A stretch of 34,336 nucleotides of DNA from Fluviicoccus sp. (GTDB taxonomy: Bacteria > Pseudomonadota > Gammaproteobacteria > Pseudomonadales > Moraxellaceae), in assembly GCA_036273075.1 (NCBI GenBank), contig DASUIL010000208.1, forward strand, positions 1 to 34,336, in the 5' to 3' direction. Numbering within the stretch: the first letter of the stretch is position 1; each line of letters begins with the position of its first letter. Below the pieces are notes generated by a model. It saw only the letters and a list, made by a program, of their open reading frames with translations. It ran no database searches and was not told the DNA's origin. This document shows positions 1 through 12,306 of the stretch, piece by piece. The translations under genes were made by a program, and so were the position numbers.

Positions 1-39
1 GCGCGTTTTTGTTGCAACATCAACCTGTGGTAGAGATAC

Positions 40-1941
40 ATGGAAGCTTTTCGTGACCTTATCCGGGGCTGGCTGGGCAAAGCCCTGCTGGTCCTGCTGC
101 TCGTGCCCTTCGCCCTGGTGGGGATCGAGTCCTATTTTGTCGGCAGCAAGTCGCATCCTGTCGCGGTCGTCAACGGTCAGGATATTCCCCAGGAGCAGCT
201 TGACCGCGCCCTGGAGAAACAGAAGCAGGAAATCCTGTCCGGCATGGGGCCCGGTGCGGATGCCTCCCGTATCGACAATGCTGTCCTTCGCGAGCAGATC
301 CTGCGTAATCTCGTGGATGAGGAACTGCTGCGGCAGCAGGCTGCCAAGTCCGGCTTCCTGGTGACCGACGCCACCATCAACCGCATGATCGCGGAAGAGC
401 CTTCCTTCCAGGAAAACGGCAAGTTCTCGCAGGACCGTTTCGTGCAGATTCTCCGCGCCAGCGGCCAGGATCCCGCCACCTTCGCGTCCAAGGCCAAGGA
501 GCGCATCGCCCAGCGCCAGATGCTGTCCGGCATTGCCCTGACCGCGTTTTCGTCCACCAAGGAAATGGAGCTGGTGACGCGACTGAACAACCAGAAGCGC
601 GATATCCACGTGCTGACGGTGCCCGCCATGCGTTATCTGGGCATGGTGCAGGTTTCCGATGCCGACATCGCCGCGGAGTACAAGCAGCATCCCGATCGCT
701 ACACCTCCGAGGAGCATGTGACGGCGGAATATGTTGCGTTGGCGCCTGAGCGCTTCCAGGCTTCGGTGACCATCACCCAAGATGACATCGACCAACGCTA
801 TGCCGAAAAGGTCAAGGCGCTCGAAGCCAATGAACAGCGGCATGCCAGTCATATCCTGATCAAGGTTGATGACAGGATGAAGGATGCCGATGCGCTCGCC
901 AAGATCAAGGATCTGGAAAAGCGCGTTCGCGCCGGTGAAGATTTTGGCGCGCTGGCCAAGCAGTTCTCGCAGGACACCGGCTCGGCCGTCAATAACGGCG
1001 ATCTGGGCATGGCCGGACACGGCATGTTTGTTCCCGAGTTCGACAAGGCGCTGTTTGCGCTGAAGCCGGGCGAAGTGTCCGCACCGGTGAAAACCGAGTT
1101 CGGCTATCACCTGATCAAGTTGCTGGAAATCCAGAAGGCTCCCGTTCCCACCCTGGCGGAAATGCGCCCGGAACTGGAGAACGAAGTACGGCAGATCAAG
1201 GCGGAAGACGCTTTCAATGAAGCGGTCGAGAAGCTGGACGCCCTAGCCTACGAGTCCTCTGATCTGAAGGATGTCGCGGCTGCCTACCAGCTGCCGGTTG
1301 AAGTGACGGCGCCTTTTGGCAAGAAGGGCGGCGAAGGTGTGGCGGCGGATCGCAAGTTCATACAGACGGCTTTCGGCGATGATCTCCTCAAGGACGGCAA
1401 GAACTCCTCCGGGTTGCGCCTGGAAGACAAGAGGGTGGTGTGGTTGCGCGTCAAGAACCATGAAAAGGCCACGCTGAAACCGTTGGCGGAAGTGACCGCC
1501 CAGATTCGCCTGACCCTGCAGATGGACAAGGCTTCCGCCAAGGCCAAGGCGCAGGCGGAAGCGGCGGTCGAGGCGCTGGCCGCAGGCAAGAGTGCGGCGG
1601 AAGTCGCGGCGGCGGAACAATTGCAGTGGATCGACTTCCCGGGTGTCAACCGTTCGGCGCAGGTGCCGTCGGGCGATATCCAGAAGGTGGCGTTCCGTCT
1701 GCCCGCCCCGAAGGCCGGAGCTTGGTCCGCCGATGTCCGTCCCATGGGCCGGGATTATGGCGTGATCGCCATCAGCCAGGTTGTGGAGGACATCACGCCA
1801 TTGCCCGCCGAGCAGCGCAAGCAGTTCACCCAGGCGCAGGGCAGCATGCGCGGCCAGCAGGAGTTGATGGATTACGTCGCCTTCCTGCGCAGCAAGGCGA
1901 AGATTGAGGAAATCAAGTCAGGCGGTGCGGAAAAGGAATAA
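40..1941 (+). CDS. ppiD: Membrane-anchored periplasmic chaperone / parvulin PPIase PpiD
   Basis: 633 aa; N-terminal TM anchor, SurA-N-like region, parvulin motifs HASHILI and FGALAKQFSQD...GDLG...VKTEFGYHLIK; convergent with fabI as in Pseudomonadales. Confidence 0.93.
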   Translation: MEAFRDLIRGWLGKALLVLLLVPFALVGIESYFVGSKSHPVAVVNGQDIPQEQLDRALEKQKQEILSGMGPGADASRIDNAVLREQILRNLVDEELLRQQAAKSGFLVTDATINRMIAEEPSFQENGKFSQDRFVQILRASGQDPATFASKAKERIAQRQMLSGIALTAFSSTKEMELVTRLNNQKRDIHVLTVPAMRYLGMVQVSDADIAAEYKQHPDRYTSEEHVTAEYVALAPERFQASVTITQDDIDQRYAEKVKALEANEQRHASHILIKVDDRMKDADALAKIKDLEKRVRAGEDFGALAKQFSQDTGSAVNNGDLGMAGHGMFVPEFDKALFALKPGEVSAPVKTEFGYHLIKLLEIQKAPVPTLAEMRPELENEVRQIKAEDAFNEAVEKLDALAYESSDLKDVAAAYQLPVEVTAPFGKKGGEGVAADRKFIQTAFGDDLLKDGKNSSGLRLEDKRVVWLRVKNHEKATLKPLAEVTAQIRLTLQMDKASAKAKAQAEAAVEALAAGKSAAEVAAAEQLQWIDFPGVNRSAQVPSGDIQKVAFRLPAPKAGAWSADVRPMGRDYGVIAISQVVEDITPLPAEQRKQFTQAQGSMRGQQELMDYVAFLRSKAKIEEIKSGGAEKE

Positions 1942-1947
1942 GTATCC

Positions 1948-1989
1948 GCCCAATAAAAAGCCCGCCATCCGGCGGGCTTTTTATTGGGC
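1948..1989. terminator. Bidirectional intrinsic terminator between ppiD and fabI
   Basis: Perfect 19-bp inverted repeat GCCCAATAAAAAGCCCGCC-ATCC-GGCGGGCTTTTTATTGGGC with A/T tracts on both sides, between convergent stop codons. Confidence 0.92.
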
Positions 1990-1997
1990 ATGCTGCC

Positions 1998-2786
1998 TCA
2001 GCTTTCCAGCGGCGGCATGGCGGTGGTGTTGAAACCACCGTCGACATAGAGGATTTCGCCGCTGATGCCCGAAGCCAGGTCGGAGCAAAGGAATGCGGCG
2101 GCGTTGCCGACTTCCTCGATCGTGACATTACGGCGCAGCGGGGTGGCGGCCTCGTTGTAGGCCAGCATCTTGCGGAAGTTCTTGATGCCGCTGGCGGCGA
2201 GAGTGCGGATCGGGCCGGCGGAAATGCCGTTGACGCGCACACCCAGCGGGCCGAGGCTGGAAGCGAGGTAGCGGACGTTAGCCTCCAGTGAAGCCTTGGC
2301 CAATCCCATGACGTTGTAGTTTGGCAGTACGCGCTCTGACCCCTGATACGTCAGGGTCAGCACCGTGCCCCGGTTTTTTTCCAGCATCGGCTTGGCGGAC
2401 TTGGCCAAGGCCAGCAGGCTGTAGCTGCTGATGTCGTGGGCAATGCGGAAACCTTCACGGGTCGTCACATCGACGAAATCCCCTTCAAGCTGGTCGCCGG
2501 GCGCGTAAGCCACGGAGTGGACCAGACCGTCCAGGCCATCCCAATGGGCGCCCAGGCTCGCAAAGACCGCCTCGACTTCGGCATCATTGGCCACGTCGCA
2601 AGGGAATACGAGACTGGAGCCGAAGTGCGCCGCGAATTCCTCGACGCGGCTTTTCAGTTTTTCATTCTGGTAGGTGAAGGCCAGTTCCGCGCCTTCCCGA
2701 TGCATGGCGGAGGCGATGCCGTAGGCAATCGAAAGTTTGCTGGCGATACCGACGATCAGCACGCGCTTGCCGGACATGAATCCCAT
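1998..2786 (-). CDS. fabI: Enoyl-ACP reductase FabI
   Basis: 262 aa; [13 protein letters not shown], catalytic [17 protein letters not shown] motifs. Confidence 0.97.
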   Translation of the reverse strand: MGFMSGKRVLIVGIASKLSIAYGIASAMHREGAELAFTYQNEKLKSRVEEFAAHFGSSLVFPCDVANDAEVEAVFASLGAHWDGLDGLVHSVAYAPGDQLEGDFVDVTTREGFRIAHDISSYSLLALAKSAKPMLEKNRGTVLTLTYQGSERVLPNYNVMGLAKASLEANVRYLASSLGPLGVRVNGISAGPIRTLAASGIKNFRKMLAYNEAATPLRRNVTIEEVGNAAAFLCSDLASGISGEILYVDGGFNTTAMPPLES

Positions 2787-2885
2787 GGTCTTGCTCCTGT
2801 GTAGGCATTGGGTCGGGCCGATCCCGGATCAGCCGCCCCGGAGTGTGCCACAAAGCGGTGCGAAGTCTCTAGGTTTCCGCAGGCC

Positions 2886-4485
<1,600 letters not shown>

Positions 4486-4511
<26 letters not shown>

Positions 4512-5505
4512 CGCGGGCGGCCTCTCCGATAAAGACGAGCAGGGTGAGCATGATTCCGAGGGTCATGAAGGCGGAAATGCCCAGCCAGGCGGCGCTGAGG
4601 TTGTTCTTGCCCTGGGCCACCAGTTCGCCCAGCGACGGCGAGCCGACCGGCAGGCCGAAACCCAGGAAATCCAGCGATGTCAGCAGGCTGATAGCGCCGG
4701 TAAAGATGAACGGCACGAAAGACAGCGTTGACACCATTGCATTCGGCAGGATGTGGCGGAACATGATCTTGCGGTCGCTCAGTCCCAGCGCCCGCGCCGC
4801 GCGCACGTATTCCAGATTGCGTCCGCGCAGGAATTCCGCCCGGACCAAGCCGGTCAGTTCATGCCAGGAGAACAACAGCATCAGCCCCAGCAACCACCAG
4901 AAACTGGGCTGTACCAGGCTGGCAAGGATGATCAGCATGAACAGCATCGGCAGACCCGACCAGATTTCGATGATGCGCTGGCCGATCAGGTCGACCCAGC
5001 CGCCGTAGTAGCCCTGTACCGCACCGGCGGCGATGCCGATCACCGAGCTGCCGAGGGTCAGCGTCAACGCGAACAGCACCGAAATGCGGAAGCCGTAAAT
5101 GATGCGCGCCAGCACGTCGCGGCCCTGGTCGTCGGTGCCCAGCCAGTTCTCCCGCGACGGCGGGGCGGGAGCGGGAACTTCAAGGTTGTAGTTGATGGTA
5201 TTGTAGCTGTAGCGGATCGGCGCCCATACGATCCAGCCGTCGGCTTCGATCAGCCCGGCGACGTAGGGGTCGCGGTAGTCGGCGTTGCTGGCCAGAGTGC
5301 CGCCAAAGACGGTTTCGGGGTAATCCTTGAGAAAGGGCGTGTACAGTTCCTGCTTGAACGAGACCAGCAGGGGCTTGTCGTTGGCGATCAGCTCGGCACA
5401 GAGGCTGAGACCGAAGAGGGCCAGGAAGGTCCACAGGGCGAAATAGCCGCGGCGGTTGGCCTTGAAGTTTTGCCAGCGGCGGCGGCTGACGGGTGACAGT
5501 GTCAT
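4486..5505 (-). CDS. yejE: Peptide ABC transporter permease (YejE-like)
   Basis: RRWQNFKANRRG N-terminus, WLGTDDQGRDVLAR, EAA-loop YVRAARALG. Confidence 0.9.
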
Positions 5506-5508
5506 GCG

Positions 5509-6600
5509 TTATCCCCGGCTCTCGAAGTCAATGCGCGGGTCGATCCAGGTGTAGACCAGGTCGCTGATGATCCGCAGCAGCAAGCCCATCAGCGTGAAGA
5601 TGAACAGGGTGCCGAAAATCACCGGGTAATCGCGGTTGATGGCGGACTGGAAGCTCAGCAGTCCCAGCCCGTCCAGATTGAAGATGACCTCGATCAGGAA
5701 TGAGCCGGTAAAGAAGATCGAAAGCAGCGCCGAGGGAAAACCGGCAATGATGATCAGCATCGCGTTGCGGAAGACATGGCCGTAGAGTACCTGGGTATCG
5801 TTCAGTCCCTTGGCGCGGGCGGTGATCACGTATTGCTTGTGGATTTCATCCAGGAAGGAATTCTTGGTCAGCATCGTCAGCGTGGCGAAGCCGCCAATGG
5901 TCATGCAGATGGTGGGCAGCACCAGATGCCGCGCATAGTCCAGCGCCTTTTCCCCGGCGGACAGGGCCTCGAAGTTGTCCGAGACCAGCCCCTGCATCGG
6001 GAACCACTGCCAGTAACTGCCGCCCGCGAACAGCACGATCAGCAGGATGGCGAACAGGAAGCCGGGAATGGCGTAACCGACAATGATCAGGCTGCTGGTG
6101 GCGATATCGAAACGGCTGCCGTCGCGCAAGGCCTTGCGGATGCCCAGCGGGATGGAAATGAAGTACACCAGCAGCGTGCTCCACAAGCCCAGCGAAATCG
6201 AAACCGGCATTTTCTCGGCGATCAGGCCGGTGACGCTCTTGTCACGGAAGAAGCTCTGGCCGAAATCAAAGCGCAGGTAACTGGTCAGCATCAGCCAGAA
6301 ACGTTCCGTCGGCGGCTTGTCGAAACCGTATTGCCGCTCCAGGTCCTTGATCAGTTCGGGATCCAGCCCCTGCGCGCCGCGGTAGGGGCTGTCCTTGCCC
6401 TGCGCATTGCCGCCGGAGGTCATGTCCCCGGTGGTGCTGCCGCTGACCGGATTGCCGCGCGTATCCAGCCCTTTCGCCTTGGCGATGGCCTGTTCGACCG
6501 GACCGCCGGGCGCCGCTTGCACGATCACGAAGTTGATCAGCAGGATTCCCAGCAGGGTAGGGATGACCAGCAGCATCCGCCGCAGGAGATAGGACCACAT
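5509..6600 (-). CDS. yejB: Peptide ABC transporter permease (YejB-like)
   Basis: [46 protein letters not shown] motifs. Confidence 0.92.
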   Translation of the reverse strand: MWSYLLRRMLLVIPTLLGILLINFVIVQAAPGGPVEQAIAKAKGLDTRGNPVSGSTTGDMTSGGNAQGKDSPYRGAQGLDPELIKDLERQYGFDKPPTERFWLMLTSYLRFDFGQSFFRDKSVTGLIAEKMPVSISLGLWSTLLVYFISIPLGIRKALRDGSRFDIATSSLIIVGYAIPGFLFAILLIVLFAGGSYWQWFPMQGLVSDNFEALSAGEKALDYARHLVLPTICMTIGGFATLTMLTKNSFLDEIHKQYVITARAKGLNDTQVLYGHVFRNAMLIIIAGFPSALLSIFFTGSFLIEVIFNLDGLGLLSFQSAINRDYPVIFGTLFIFTLMGLLLRIISDLVYTWIDPRIDFESRG

Positions 6601-6612
6601 GACGCCGCTCCG

Positions 6613-8430
6613 TTATCGTTTGCCTTGGGCGGCGCGGATGCGCGCCTGCTTGGCGGCGTTGGCCCACCAGAAATCGATGCCGGGCGAATACTTGGGCTTC
6701 ACCGCCGGCTGCTCCAGATAATCCCAGTACGCAAGCCGGTAGCTGCGGTTGTGGTACTGGGGGATGACCAGATGATTCCAGAGCAGCACCCGGTCCAGCG
6801 CGCGCGTGGCCGTGACCAGTTCTTCACGGGTCTTGGCGCCGACAATGCGGTCGATCAGGGCGTCCACCGCCGGGCTCTTGATGCCGGTCAGGTTATGACT
6901 GCCGGGCGTATCGGCGGCTTGCGACCCCCAGTAACCGCGCTGTTCATTTCCCGGCGACAGCGACTGGGCAAAGCCTTCCACCACCATGTCGAAGTCAAAG
7001 TCCCGCTCGCGGTTGATGTATTGCGACGAGTCCACAGGGCGGATGTTAACCTCGATGCCCAGGCGCGACAGGTTGCGGACAAACGGTTCGACAATCCGCA
7101 CGAACTCGGGCTGCACCAGCAGGATTTCGAATTTGAACGGTTCGTTTTTGGCGTTGACCAGCTTGCCCTCGCGGATGCTCCAGCCCGCGCTCTGCAGCAG
7201 CTTTTGCGCAGCCATCAGGTTGGCGCGGATGTTGCCGGTGCCATCCGTCTTCGGGGCTTGGTACGGAGTGGTGAATACTTCCGGCGGTAATTGCGCCTTG
7301 AACGGGTTCAACAGCGCCAGCTCGCCCGGGGAAGGCAGGCCCTTGGCGGCCAGCTCGGAATTGTCGAAATAGCTTTGCGAGCGGCTGTAGGCGTTGAAGA
7401 ACAGATTACGGTTGCTCCATTCAAAGTCGAACGCATACGCCAGTGCTTGCCGCACACGACGGTCCTGGAACAGGGGGCGGCGCAGGTTGTAGGCGAACCC
7501 CTGCATGCCTGCCGGGTTCAGGTTCGGTTGTTCAAAACGCTTGACCAGCCCCTGTTTCACAGCGGGAAAGTTGTATTCCGTCGCCCAGGTCTTGGCCTTG
7601 GACTCCAGCAGGAAGTCGTATTGACCCGCCTTGAAGCCTTCGAAGGAAACGGTGATGTCCTGGTAATAGACGAACTTGATGGTATCGAAGTTGAACTTGC
7701 CGCGATTGACCGGCAGGTTCGCGGCCCAATATTTCGGATTGCGGGTGTAGGTGGCGGACTTGCCCGGGTCGAGCTTGGTCAGGATGTACGGACCGCTGCC
7801 CAGCGGGATGTCCAGGTTGGTGCTGTTGAAGGTGCGCTTGCTCCAGTAGCTTTTCGGCAAGATCGACATTTCACCGACAATCAGCGAAAGTTCACGGTTG
7901 TTCTTGTTCTTGAAGGTGAATTTGACGCGCTGCTTGTCCAGAGCCTCGACCTTGCTGATCTCGCTGTAGTAATTGCGCAGGTTCGGCGCGCCTTCCTTGC
8001 GGATCAGGTCAAAGGTGAAGACAACGTCTTCGGCGGTGACGGGCGTGCCGTCACTGAAGCGAGCCGCCGGATTGAGGTGGTAGGTAATCCAGCTCGCATC
8101 CTCGGGATCGCGTTCAATTTTGTCAGCCAGCAGTCCGTAACGCGTGAACGGCTCATCCAGCGCGGCCGTGGTCAGCGAGTCATAGAGATAGTCGGTGCCT
8201 TCGACGGCATTGCCCTTGTTGATGAAGGGGTTGGTGCTGTCGAACGTCCCCAGCGCCCGAAGGCGCAGTTCCCCACCCTTGGGCGCATCCGGGCGGGCAT
8301 AGGCGAAGGCCTTGAAGTTGTCCGGAAGCGCGGGCTTGCCGTGCAGGGCGATGGCGTTGCTGGTGATAACCGCGGCATGACCCAGCGACACCATCAGTGA
8401 CAGCAGGGCGGGGAACAGCAGCTTGTTCAT
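6613..8430 (-). CDS. yejA: Peptide ABC transporter substrate-binding protein (YejA-like, family 5)
   Basis: Signal peptide then AIALHGKP..PDAPKGG, PLGSGPY, SPGNEQRGYWGS; start placed at ATG 8430 behind AGGAG (alternative GTG start at 8442). Confidence 0.88.
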   Translation of the reverse strand: MNKLLFPALLSLMVSLGHAAVITSNAIALHGKPALPDNFKAFAYARPDAPKGGELRLRALGTFDSTNPFINKGNAVEGTDYLYDSLTTAALDEPFTRYGLLADKIERDPEDASWITYHLNPAARFSDGTPVTAEDVVFTFDLIRKEGAPNLRNYYSEISKVEALDKQRVKFTFKNKNNRELSLIVGEMSILPKSYWSKRTFNSTNLDIPLGSGPYILTKLDPGKSATYTRNPKYWAANLPVNRGKFNFDTIKFVYYQDITVSFEGFKAGQYDFLLESKAKTWATEYNFPAVKQGLVKRFEQPNLNPAGMQGFAYNLRRPLFQDRRVRQALAYAFDFEWSNRNLFFNAYSRSQSYFDNSELAAKGLPSPGELALLNPFKAQLPPEVFTTPYQAPKTDGTGNIRANLMAAQKLLQSAGWSIREGKLVNAKNEPFKFEILLVQPEFVRIVEPFVRNLSRLGIEVNIRPVDSSQYINRERDFDFDMVVEGFAQSLSPGNEQRGYWGSQAADTPGSHNLTGIKSPAVDALIDRIVGAKTREELVTATRALDRVLLWNHLVIPQYHNRSYRLAYWDYLEQPAVKPKYSPGIDFWWANAAKQARIRAAQGKR

Positions 8431-8518
8431 GGGCAAGTTCACTCCTGAATACCGTGAGCGGCCGTTTTAATAATGAAAACAGGGGATTGTGGCCGGAATT
8501 GTAAGTGAGGAGCTTAGC

Positions 8519-8548
8519 AAAAAAAACCGCCGCAATTGCGACGGTTTT
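8519..8548 (-). terminator. Intrinsic terminator after mltD
   Basis: Minus strand AAAACCGTCGC-AATT-GCGGCGGTTTTTTTT: stem with one G-U pair ending in an 8-U run, about 15 nt after the mltD stop. Confidence 0.8.
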
Positions 8549-8563
8549 GTGTGCTTCAGGCAA

Positions 8564-10534
8564 TCAGCCCTTGGCGAGATAAAGCACCAGGTCCTGGCCG
8601 GGCTTGAGGTTCCGCGAGCCCTTGTTCCAGGTCTGGATCTGGCTGACCGAGACCTTGTAGCGTTTGCTGATCGAATACAGGGTGTCGCCGCGGCGAACCT
8701 CGTAACGAACCTGCTTGATGCTGTCCTTGCCGGACTTTTCACGTTTGGCGAGGCGATCCGACTTCTTACCCTTCTTGCCCTTGGCGTCGGCCACACGCTC
8801 ATCGCGGTCATCTTTCTTTCCGCGCGCCTTGGACTTGTTGTCCTGGCTGTCATCATCGGACTCCGTGCGGATGACAAGGCGCTTGCCCGGACGCAGGCTG
8901 TCGCTGAGCTTCATATCATTCCAGCGGGCCAGTTCCTTGGGGCTGACATCGTACTGACGGGAGATGGCGAACAGGGTTTCACCCGGGCGGACCTTGTGGA
9001 ACTCGCGGTTGCTGTCCGGCTTGGACTTGGCGGCGACTTCCTTCTTGGACTTGGCGTCAGCCTTGCTGTCCTTGGCGCGGCTCTTGTCGTCCTGCTTGGC
9101 GTTGTCGCGGCTGGCGACCTTTTCCTCACCCTTGCCGTCATCGGCGCTGCGGGATTCGTCGTCGGCTTCGGAAACGGATTGGTCCTCGCTTTCCTCGATC
9201 AACTGGGCGACACGACTGGTGACCGCGTTGCCGGAGCCGTCATAGTAGTGCCCCCGGACCTTGGTATGGGCGACGACCAGCCAGCGACCGGCGGGCAGCT
9301 TTTTCTTCTTGCCGGACAGCTTGTTCAGCCGCTTGAGGGCGTCCGAAGTGGTATCGAAACGGGCGGCCACCTTGCTGAGGGTGTCGCCCTTCTTGGTCTT
9401 GTAGCGCTGCACCACCACGCGCTCGGCCGGGGGCAGGGCGCTGAGGCGGTTGTCGAAGTCCGCGCCGACATGGGTCGGAATCAGGATGTTATGCGATTCC
9501 TGCGGGTCGGTAGCCCAACGCAGGAAGCCGGGGTTCAGCTGGTACAACTGCTTCAGGGTCAACCCGGCGATGCGGGCCACGGCATCAAGCTCCACCTGGC
9601 TGCGCGCCTTGACGGTGCGGAACACGGGCTGGTTGACGATGGGCTTGAAGGCGATGTTGTAAGTGGCGGGCTTGTTGACGATCTGGGCGACGGCGAGGAA
9701 GCGGGGAACATAGGCTTCGGTCTCTGCGGGCAGGTCCAGCGACCAGTAATCCGTCGGAAGGCCGGCGGCGGCATTCTTGTTGATGGCGCGGTCGACGGTG
9801 CCGGGGCCGGCGTTATAGGCCGCCAGCGCCAGTTCCCACGAGCCGAATTTCTTGTAGAGAGCGCCCAGGAATTCATAGGCGGCGCGCGTGGACTGCATCA
9901 CGTCGCGGCGGCCGTCGTACCAGTAGTTCTGTTTCAGGCCGTAGATCTTGCCGGTGCCGGGAATGAACTGCCACATGCCGGCAGCCTGGGCGGGCGAGAA
10001 GGCGAACGGATCGTAAGAACTTTCCACAACGGGCAGCAGCGCCAGTTCGGTGGGCAGGCCGCGCTTCTCGGCTTCGGTGACCGTGTGGTAGAGGTAGTGG
10101 CTGGCGCGCGCCGTCATGCGGTCGATGTAGTCCTGTCGCTTGGCGAACCAGTTGCGCTGCATCGCGATGCGTTCGTTGTTCTGGCTCAGGTCCATCCGGA
10201 AACCGGCACGCACACGTTCCCACAGATCGCCGAACTTCGCCAGTTCTTCGGGGCTGAGGGAGACGGGCTCCATCTCAGTCACGCCGAGCAATTCGTCAAT
10301 ATCGTCCTGGGTAAATTCACTGCCCTCGGTATCGTAATAACCGGCGGGGGCGTTGCTCAGGCCGTTGGCGCCCGGGGCGGGTCGCTCAACCGCGGAGACA
10401 GCCTGTACAGGGGAGGCGAAAATACCGGAGACGGCTTTCTGGGGCTGTGTGGAGCAGGCGGACAGAATCAGGCTTGCGAACGCAAATACCAGTATTTGTT
10501 GGACGTATTTGCCGAGGTGAAGCCGGAAATGCAT
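8564..10534 (-). CDS. mltD: Membrane-bound lytic transglycosylase D (SLT domain plus 3 LysM), lipoprotein
   Basis: Lipobox ILSAC; SLT motifs LPVVES, AAGMWQF, LAAYNAG; LysM motifs KKGDTL, RPGETL, RRGDTL; adjacent to gloB. Confidence 0.92.
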   Translation of the reverse strand: MHFRLHLGKYVQQILVFAFASLILSACSTQPQKAVSGIFASPVQAVSAVERPAPGANGLSNAPAGYYDTEGSEFTQDDIDELLGVTEMEPVSLSPEELAKFGDLWERVRAGFRMDLSQNNERIAMQRNWFAKRQDYIDRMTARASHYLYHTVTEAEKRGLPTELALLPVVESSYDPFAFSPAQAAGMWQFIPGTGKIYGLKQNYWYDGRRDVMQSTRAAYEFLGALYKKFGSWELALAAYNAGPGTVDRAINKNAAAGLPTDYWSLDLPAETEAYVPRFLAVAQIVNKPATYNIAFKPIVNQPVFRTVKARSQVELDAVARIAGLTLKQLYQLNPGFLRWATDPQESHNILIPTHVGADFDNRLSALPPAERVVVQRYKTKKGDTLSKVAARFDTTSDALKRLNKLSGKKKKLPAGRWLVVAHTKVRGHYYDGSGNAVTSRVAQLIEESEDQSVSEADDESRSADDGKGEEKVASRDNAKQDDKSRAKDSKADAKSKKEVAAKSKPDSNREFHKVRPGETLFAISRQYDVSPKELARWNDMKLSDSLRPGKRLVIRTESDDDSQDNKSKARGKKDDRDERVADAKGKKGKKSDRLAKREKSGKDSIKQVRYEVRRGDTLYSISKRYKVSVSQIQTWNKGSRNLKPGQDLVLYLAKG

Positions 10535-10657
10535 GCCATATTACTCCAGTGAGGCTTAAAACTGCCCGATTCTAGGGAGCCGGGCTGAATACTGGCAAGC
10601 CGGACGCAACCGATATTGAATCTTAACTGTAACGAAGTGCGGCAAAATGCCGTTTTT

Positions 10658-11455
10658 TTAACGAATGGCCGGTTTCCAGGTGTCCTTGAAGCGGCGCAAA
10701 GCGACAAAAGCCTCTGATGCAGAAGGGGTTCCCGGCATTTCCGGCAGCAGGTTGCGCAGGACCCGGCGGAAGGCCGGATCATGGGTCCGAAGATAGGGAT
10801 TCAACCTCTTTTCCAGTTCCAGTAAGGCGGGAAGCGAGGGTATCCCCTGATTAATCCCGCTCTCGATGATCGTGCGGTATTCGCGCAGCGAGGTATTCCC
10901 GGGTTCAATGGCCAGCGCGAAATCCAGATTCGCCAGGGTATATTCATGCGCGCAGCAGATACGGGTATTGTCGGGCAGTGCGTATATTAATTCCAGGGAG
11001 CGGAACAGCGCTTCCGGGTCGCCGTCGAATACCCGGCCGCAACCCATACTGAAGAGGGTGTCGCCGCAAAAAAGGACCTGCTGGCCGGGGTGGTAAAAAG
11101 CCAGATGCTCGTTTGTATGTCCCGGCACCGCCAGGACCCGCCATTCGCCAAAACTCTCCGGCTGCAACATTTCTCCTCCGCAGACCGGGTGCGTGACTCC
11201 TCCGATCTCTCCTGGGCCGTAAATCACGGCTTCGGGATGACGGGCGGCCAACTCTGCCAGCCCGGCGGTATGGTCGGCGTGGCGATGGGTGACGAATACT
11301 GTCGTCAGCCGCCATGAGCGGGATTGCAAAACCGAAGCAAGCAGGGCGTAATCGCCGACATCGACCGCCAACGCCTGGCCGTCGGGCGATACCCAAAGCC
11401 ACAGGTAGTTGTCGTTAAACATGGGAACGGGCAGAAGCCGGTACTCGCCGGGCAT
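10658..11455 (-). CDS. gloB: Hydroxyacylglutathione hydrolase (glyoxalase II)
   Basis: DNYLW, THRHADH, PGHT, GDTLFSMGCGRVF, CAHEYT motifs; start set at ATG 11455 behind GAGAGGA (the ORF-track extension to 11749 is not supported). Confidence 0.93.
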   Translation of the reverse strand: MPGEYRLLPVPMFNDNYLWLWVSPDGQALAVDVGDYALLASVLQSRSWRLTTVFVTHRHADHTAGLAELAARHPEAVIYGPGEIGGVTHPVCGGEMLQPESFGEWRVLAVPGHTNEHLAFYHPGQQVLFCGDTLFSMGCGRVFDGDPEALFRSLELIYALPDNTRICCAHEYTLANLDFALAIEPGNTSLREYRTIIESGINQGIPSLPALLELEKRLNPYLRTHDPAFRRVLRNLLPEMPGTPSASEAFVALRRFKDTWKPAIR

Positions 11456-11514
11456 GACAGGTGTCCTCTCAACATCCATAATGCATGATAGTGCAAACAG
11501 GCAGGTTTTTCGGC

Positions 11515-12306
11515 ATGGAATTACCCCACCTCTGGCCTCCGGCATCGCGACCGGACCTGTCAGCCGCGCTGGCGGAGTGGTTTGGCGAAGAGCCGGGCGG
11601 CGAACTGCTGGCCGCCGAGCGCCGCTTGCTCGGCCATGTGCTCCCCGACCTGTTCGGCTACCACGCCTTGCAACTCGGGCAGCCCGCACCCGCCAACATG
11701 CTGGAAGCCAGCCGTATCCGCCACTGCCTTGTGGCGGATGAGAGTCCACAGCCCGTCGACGGCTTGTCGATGTTCCACGCCCGTCCGGAGAGCCTGCCGC
11801 TTTCCGCGGACAGTATCGATGTCGTGCTGCTGCATCACCTGCTGGACGTCTGCACCAACCCGCACGCCGTTCTCCGTGAGGCCTGCCGCGTGCTGCTGCC
11901 GGAAGGTCATCTGGTCATTGTCGGCTTCAATCCCTGGAGCCTGTGGGGGCTGTGGCGCTTGTTCCGGCTGCCCTGGTCCTCGACGCCCTGGCTGCGCCGG
12001 GCGCTGAGCCCGCAGCGCATGTCGGACTGGCTGTCCCTGCTGGATTTCGAGGTGGTGGGTGTCGAGTCCGCCTATTTCCTGCCGCCGGTCAAGGCGGCGA
12101 TGGTGCGCAAGCGTCTGGGCTGGATGGAGGCCCTCGGCGCGCGTTACTGGAGTCAGGGCGGAGCCGCCTATGTGGTGCTGGCCCGCAAACGGGTCGCCTG
12201 CATGACGCCGCTGCGCTTGCGCCAGCCGCTGCTGCAGATGTTGCGTCCCGCACTGGTGGCGGAGACACGCAACGGTAATGATTCGCTCAAGCAACAGGAT
12301 GACTGA
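11515..12306 (+). CDS. Class I SAM-dependent methyltransferase-like protein (YafS/KerV-like)
   Basis: [46 protein letters not shown]; conserved position divergent from gloB and upstream of rnhA; start codon uncertain (11485 or 11515). Confidence 0.85.
   Translation: MELPHLWPPASRPDLSAALAEWFGEEPGGELLAAERRLLGHVLPDLFGYHALQLGQPAPANMLEASRIRHCLVADESPQPVDGLSMFHARPESLPLSADSIDVVLLHHLLDVCTNPHAVLREACRVLLPEGHLVIVGFNPWSLWGLWRLFRLPWSSTPWLRRALSPQRMSDWLSLLDFEVVGVESAYFLPPVKAAMVRKRLGWMEALGARYWSQGGAAYVVLARKRVACMTPLRLRQPLLQMLRPALVAETRNGNDSLKQQDD

Noticed and set aside
1-14. GCGCGTTTTTGTTG at the window start, possibly the 3' half of an upstream terminator
   Set aside because: The left arm is outside the window, so it cannot be supported
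8489-10552. 687-aa + strand ORF
   Set aside because: Antisense shadow of mltD; its hydrophobic runs mirror the Lys/Asp codons of mltD; no family motif recognised
11456-11749. N-terminal extension of the gloB ORF in the track
   Set aside because: Overlaps the divergent methyltransferase; GloB similarity and the RBS begin at 11455
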